Shown piece by piece: positions 59,893 through 64,000 of a DNA stretch of 64,000 nucleotides. The stretch is from assembly GCA_046563655.1 (NCBI GenBank), contig CM102287.1, forward strand, positions 6,014,001 to 6,078,000, read 5' to 3'. Under the pieces are notes generated by a model. It did no database searches and was not told the DNA's origin. It worked only from the letters and a program-made list of their open reading frames with translations. The position numbers and the translations under genes were made by a program. Position 1 is the first letter of the stretch. Each line of letters opens with the position of its first letter. The DNA is from Yuukianura sp. NJ FZ-2021 (taxonomy: Eukaryota).

Positions 59893-61998
59893 TTATAATT
59901 TTTGGTACATAAAATATGCAGAACGCTTGAACAAAATAATTCCTTTAAGCGAAACGACGAATAGCATAACCGCAACAGTCAAAAGTAGTACTGCAACAAC
60001 TGGTACAGTTGTAGGCGTGAATAAATAAGGCCCACTGCTTCCTATTAAATAGGATCAAATGTAAAAATTTAAAAAAAAGTTGCTAAATACATGTTTTTAA
60101 AAAATGTCAATAAAATTTTATTGCAATTTACCGCTTAGGAGTTCCTTTTGTTGCGACTGAAGCATTCTGCACTGCTTGTCATAGTCGACAGGAATGTATG
60201 GCCGGATGATTTCTTCAAACTTAGAAACAAAACAAGTTGGGCTACATCCAGGAATATCTTCAATTGGAATTAACGCCGATGTTGTACCATTTCGAAAGTA
60301 AATCTTCAAAAATAGAAATTCAAATTTAGTCTTCGATGCTCTATTAAAATTTTGAGAGCAAACATTGAGCGCAGGAACATTTTGAGAGCAAAATTTACCT
60401 CGAGTACAGGAAAATTTTGAGAGCAAATTTTCCTTGAGTACAGGAAAATTTTGAGAGCAAAATTTACCTCGAGTGCAGGTTCGGGAATGTCATGCAGTTG
60501 ATGAACTTCCAAGAAAAAAGCGGAGGCTGTGAGTGGTTCAAATGGAAAGTTGTATTTTTTCACTGCTTGTGCGAATATGCTTCGTATGGCAACCAATGTG
60601 TAGTCATGCGTAGCGTAAGCCCGGAGTTTCTTTTGCGTAATACTAACATCCATCCTTGACAAGAGCGTGTTAAAAAGTGGTCCGTTTTCCAAAATTTGTA
60701 ATTCACGTGAAGATTCCAAAGCCTTGTAGTAAATACCCTTGATTACTGAGTCATACAGTGGAACGTATGGGACAGCCCAAGGCTCCAGAACCTCAAGGCT
60801 CGACTGGAATTCAAAAAAAAAATGTTTCAAGATAAAATATTTCGCAGTTTGGGAAAAAAAGTTGTTAGGATTGGCACAAAATTTTCTTTAATACTTCAAT
60901 ATAGCTGGCACACTTGAAGAGCCTGTTTGCAGTACTTAAACGTTTGCCAAAGACAAGTGGATCCTTGGTAGTTTTGCCGCACACCGTCATAAAATCTTGT
61001 ATTAGAGTATTTTCTGCAACCATTTTGCTAAAGTAAGCTTCAACAGCTTCATCTTTTAATTGTTTTCGCCTTGGACAATCGTCAGTTACTTGTAAGTACT
61101 GGAAACATTAAAAATATCGAAAATGATGAGCATCAAATGCCAGATAAGGTCAAAGGTCAACTTACATTGTCAATTTCAGCTGGGATTGGTTCCACTGGAA
61201 TGGGGTCAAACGGAATAGCTCCAGGGTTGGTCCAGTTTGCTTTCGAATTGTACTGCTCGTATAACCCGTAGGCAAATAAAGCTCCGCTCTGAATGCACCG
61301 AACAGCTCCTGATGTAATGACCTCGACCTCTGCTGGGTCATAGTCTTGTTTCAGAAAATCCGAGTAGCGATGCCTTACAAATTTCCCGAGGTCATACATT
61401 TCTTTTTTTCCTACCTAAAATTTAAAATTATGAATAATCTGTTCACCCATTTTCTCAAGGTTCGTAAACAATAGAAACTTTTGTACACCAGGTTGTGCAA
61501 TAACTGAAAGTTTTAAAAAAAAATTAAAAAAATCTGCCTTTCTATGGTAATTTTTTGCATGTAATTTAATATAAATGAGATTGGCGCAAAATTGGTGCAG
61601 AAATTTGTTTGAAGTTAATAAGATTTTTGGAAACCCTGAGGTATTAGACAACCCGTCGTAGGAAACACAATTTGTTGTACATATTTCAGTTGTCAAAGAA
61701 CCTTGCCTGTTCTTAATTTTAAAATTTGAAAAATCTGCGACTCACGTTGGTCAATAGTCCAGTCCTGTCTTCATACCGCTTGTCAGAAATCTTCTTACCA
61801 TGTCGAAAAACCTTACACGTTCAAAATTCAAACATAGAGTTTACATTTTCAAGTTAAAAAATTTTAAAATTCAGAACTTCGAAATCTTTGCAAGAAAAAA
61901 ATTCTTACGACTTGTACTGTTTGTAGAGTAGGGCTCGCTTTCTGTACCGCAAGTGCGGTAAATCCTGTTATAATTATTATTAAAATGGCAAATCTCAT
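59893..61998 (-). CDS. Histidine acid phosphatase, copy 2, 7 exons
   Basis: Same exon structure as copy 1: VFRHGKKIS, MYDLGKFVRHRY, RCIQSG, YATHDYT, TM and terminal YQKL. Confidence 0.85.
60345..60480. repeat. About 34-35-bp tandem repeat (about 4 units) derived from an exon-intron junction
   Basis: TTTTGAGAGCAAAATTTACCTCGAGTACAGGAAAA-like units, with TTTTGAGAGCAAA recurring four times. Confidence 0.85.
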
Positions 61999-63030
61999 AG
62001 CGAAAATGGAAGTAGAAATTAGAAATATTCTATGCAATATTTTAATATTAAAATGTGTTTAGTACACCTACTAATTTCACTTAAAAACAGGCAATGAAAA
62101 CGTTCTTCCTCCTGAGTATTTAAAGTGCACACAGACGCAACTCCTCATGATGCGTTCGCGTAGTCTATTTATCTAGCGTATCAATATTTATACAACCGTT
62201 AAGTTCATCTTATGATCAGCCTTGACTTTGTCTTTTAAAATACAAACTATTCTAGTGACCCTATGAAAATGCATTTGAAAATTTCCAACGCCTACAAAAT
62301 TACAACCTTTTTGAATTGTTACGTTTAAAAGTTTAAAACAAAGTTGACGTTTTGATTCTGACTCTACTGGAAGTATAAGATATTGTAAACAGGAAACAAT
62401 AAATCGTTTTCTTCAATTTATTGCTAGAATAGTCAAGGTCAAGGTCAGGGCCAAGCTCCAGTTCCATAAAATGTCGTCATCTGTCTCCTTCTTCCACTGT
62501 CGTTGGAGCGCACATCATTGTAAATTATAGCTATTAATTTAGTATTTTATTACAGTATCTGTGACATTAAAATGTAAGTTACATATTACAATGATGAGGT
62601 CAGATCAAATCAAATTCAACAGTTTTGAAACTGAGAATCACTGGCATTCATTTAGATTAGATTAGAGTGAATGCTGCCTAAGGATGCACTATATTGAGTT
62701 AGTTAGTTAATACGGACGATTCCAACTAAACAAGCTTAGAGAAACTAGATAAAATTAGGAAAGGAGATTAGTAGTCGTGTTGATAATTATGAATACTTAT
62801 CATTTTCTGCTTTTCTAGTATATTGTTTTCCATTCTAGATACAAATTGTGCATTAACAATTAACAATTTCAAGATTAAAAGTGCCAAGCACTCATCCCGC
62901 AAGGGAAGTACGCTCGTTGTACTTACAAAATGCATCATTGAAGGCATTTAAAAAGCTTAGCTTTTTCTGATTCCGAAAGGTCAGTTGTGCATTTCCAGTG
63001 ACATAGAAAACAACACCAAGCGTAACCAAA

Positions 63031-63947
63031 ATGAAATTTCACATTGTTATACTCTTATCCCTGCTAGTTTTAAGATGTGAAGCCAGAAACATTCCAAATT
63101 TTGGAAATGTAGATGAGGATCCCGGGGTAACGAGATTTCGAGAATATCTAAGGATTCGCACTGACCATCCTAACCCCGACTATGGTATGAGAAAGAAACA
63201 TAACCTTAAGGCTGTTGCAATGTTAACAATATTGGCTTAACCACTTTTTCATAAACATCTAGAATCCGCAATTCTTTGGCTCCAACAGCAAAGTGTTGAA
63301 CTTGGACTGGAGTTCCATCGATTAGATTTTGAAGCTCCGGCGGAGTTTGCCATTTGGATGACATGGACTGGAACCAATCCTACGCTCAAATCTGTTCTCA
63401 TCAATTCGCACATGGACGTCGTCGCAGTAGATGAAGTATGGAAACTGTCCAATCATAAATTATTGTTAACATATTTTCAGTGTTTGAGATATTTGCATTT
63501 CAAAATTTGTATTTTCACAAATCTGAACTCTAATTTTTGTGGTTTTCGTTTTTCAGTCCAAGTGGGAGTTCGGTCCCTTTGATGCCCACAAAGACGAAGC
63601 AGGAAACATTTATGGACGAGGAGCAAGTGACATGAAATCGTCAACTGTTGCAACACTAGAGGCAATTCGAAGACTAAAATCAACTGGATTTGTGCCACTG
63701 AGAACAATTCATATTTCTGTCTTGCCAGGTATTTGCAATTAAATTTCACTGTTGTCCTTCGACGCATTTTTAAATTAAGCCGCCATAATTTTTTGAATAG
63801 ACGAAGAGAATGGTGGACACAAAGGAATGAAGCCATTTGTTGAAAGCGCGGAATTTCAAGCTCTCAACGTTGGATTCGATATGGACGAGACTTCAGTTAA
63901 TGGCGGTGCAGAAGTTCTCTTTGAATATGGACAAAAGTCCGTTTGGC
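63031..63947 (+). CDS. ACY1: Aminoacylase-1 (M20 family), 5' part; continues past the window end
   Basis: VTRFREYLRIRTDHPNPDY, INSHMDVV, GNIYGRGASDMKS, RTIHISVLP|DEENGG and GFDMDE across four exons. Confidence 0.92.
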
Positions 63948-64000
63948 GTAAGTGAGGGATATGTTACGATAGTACCTACTAAATTATTCAGCGTTTGAGT

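Overview
Eukaryotic, intron-rich, AT-rich animal DNA with short GT-AG introns. The gene content (R&R chitin-binding cuticle proteins, arthropod-type chemoreceptors, Cyt-b5-r) points to an arthropod, and a springtail-like hexapod is my inference only. I can assemble about 24 genes. In order: a scruin-like IQ-Kelch gene, the 5' part of RNA Pol III subunit RPC2, TFB2M, PSMG4, five R&R cuticle proteins, two tandem plant/fungal-type methyl-end (Delta12/omega-type) fatty acid desaturases, two nucleoside hydrolases, a TMEM249 (CatSper-theta)-like gene, RPF2, a Gly/Tyr-rich protein, Cyt-b5-r, a secreted Gln/Pro-rich protein, two chemoreceptor-like genes (one disrupted), Hsp70, a divergent Nup107, a Cys-rich surface protein, two histidine acid phosphatases and the start of aminoacylase-1. 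Several foldback/MITE elements are also present. Most notable: (i) a four-exon TMEM249-like gene nested on the same strand inside one intron of a nucleoside hydrolase; (ii) the desaturase pair, with a differential intron, an apparent gene-conversion tract and HNF4/SREBP-like sites; (iii) the RPC2 locus, which appears to host TFB2M (same strand, possibly sharing a first exon) and the Kelch gene (opposite strand) in its introns. All calls come from manual translation, splice-site reading and motif recall. No searches were run, and exon boundaries may be off by a few bases.
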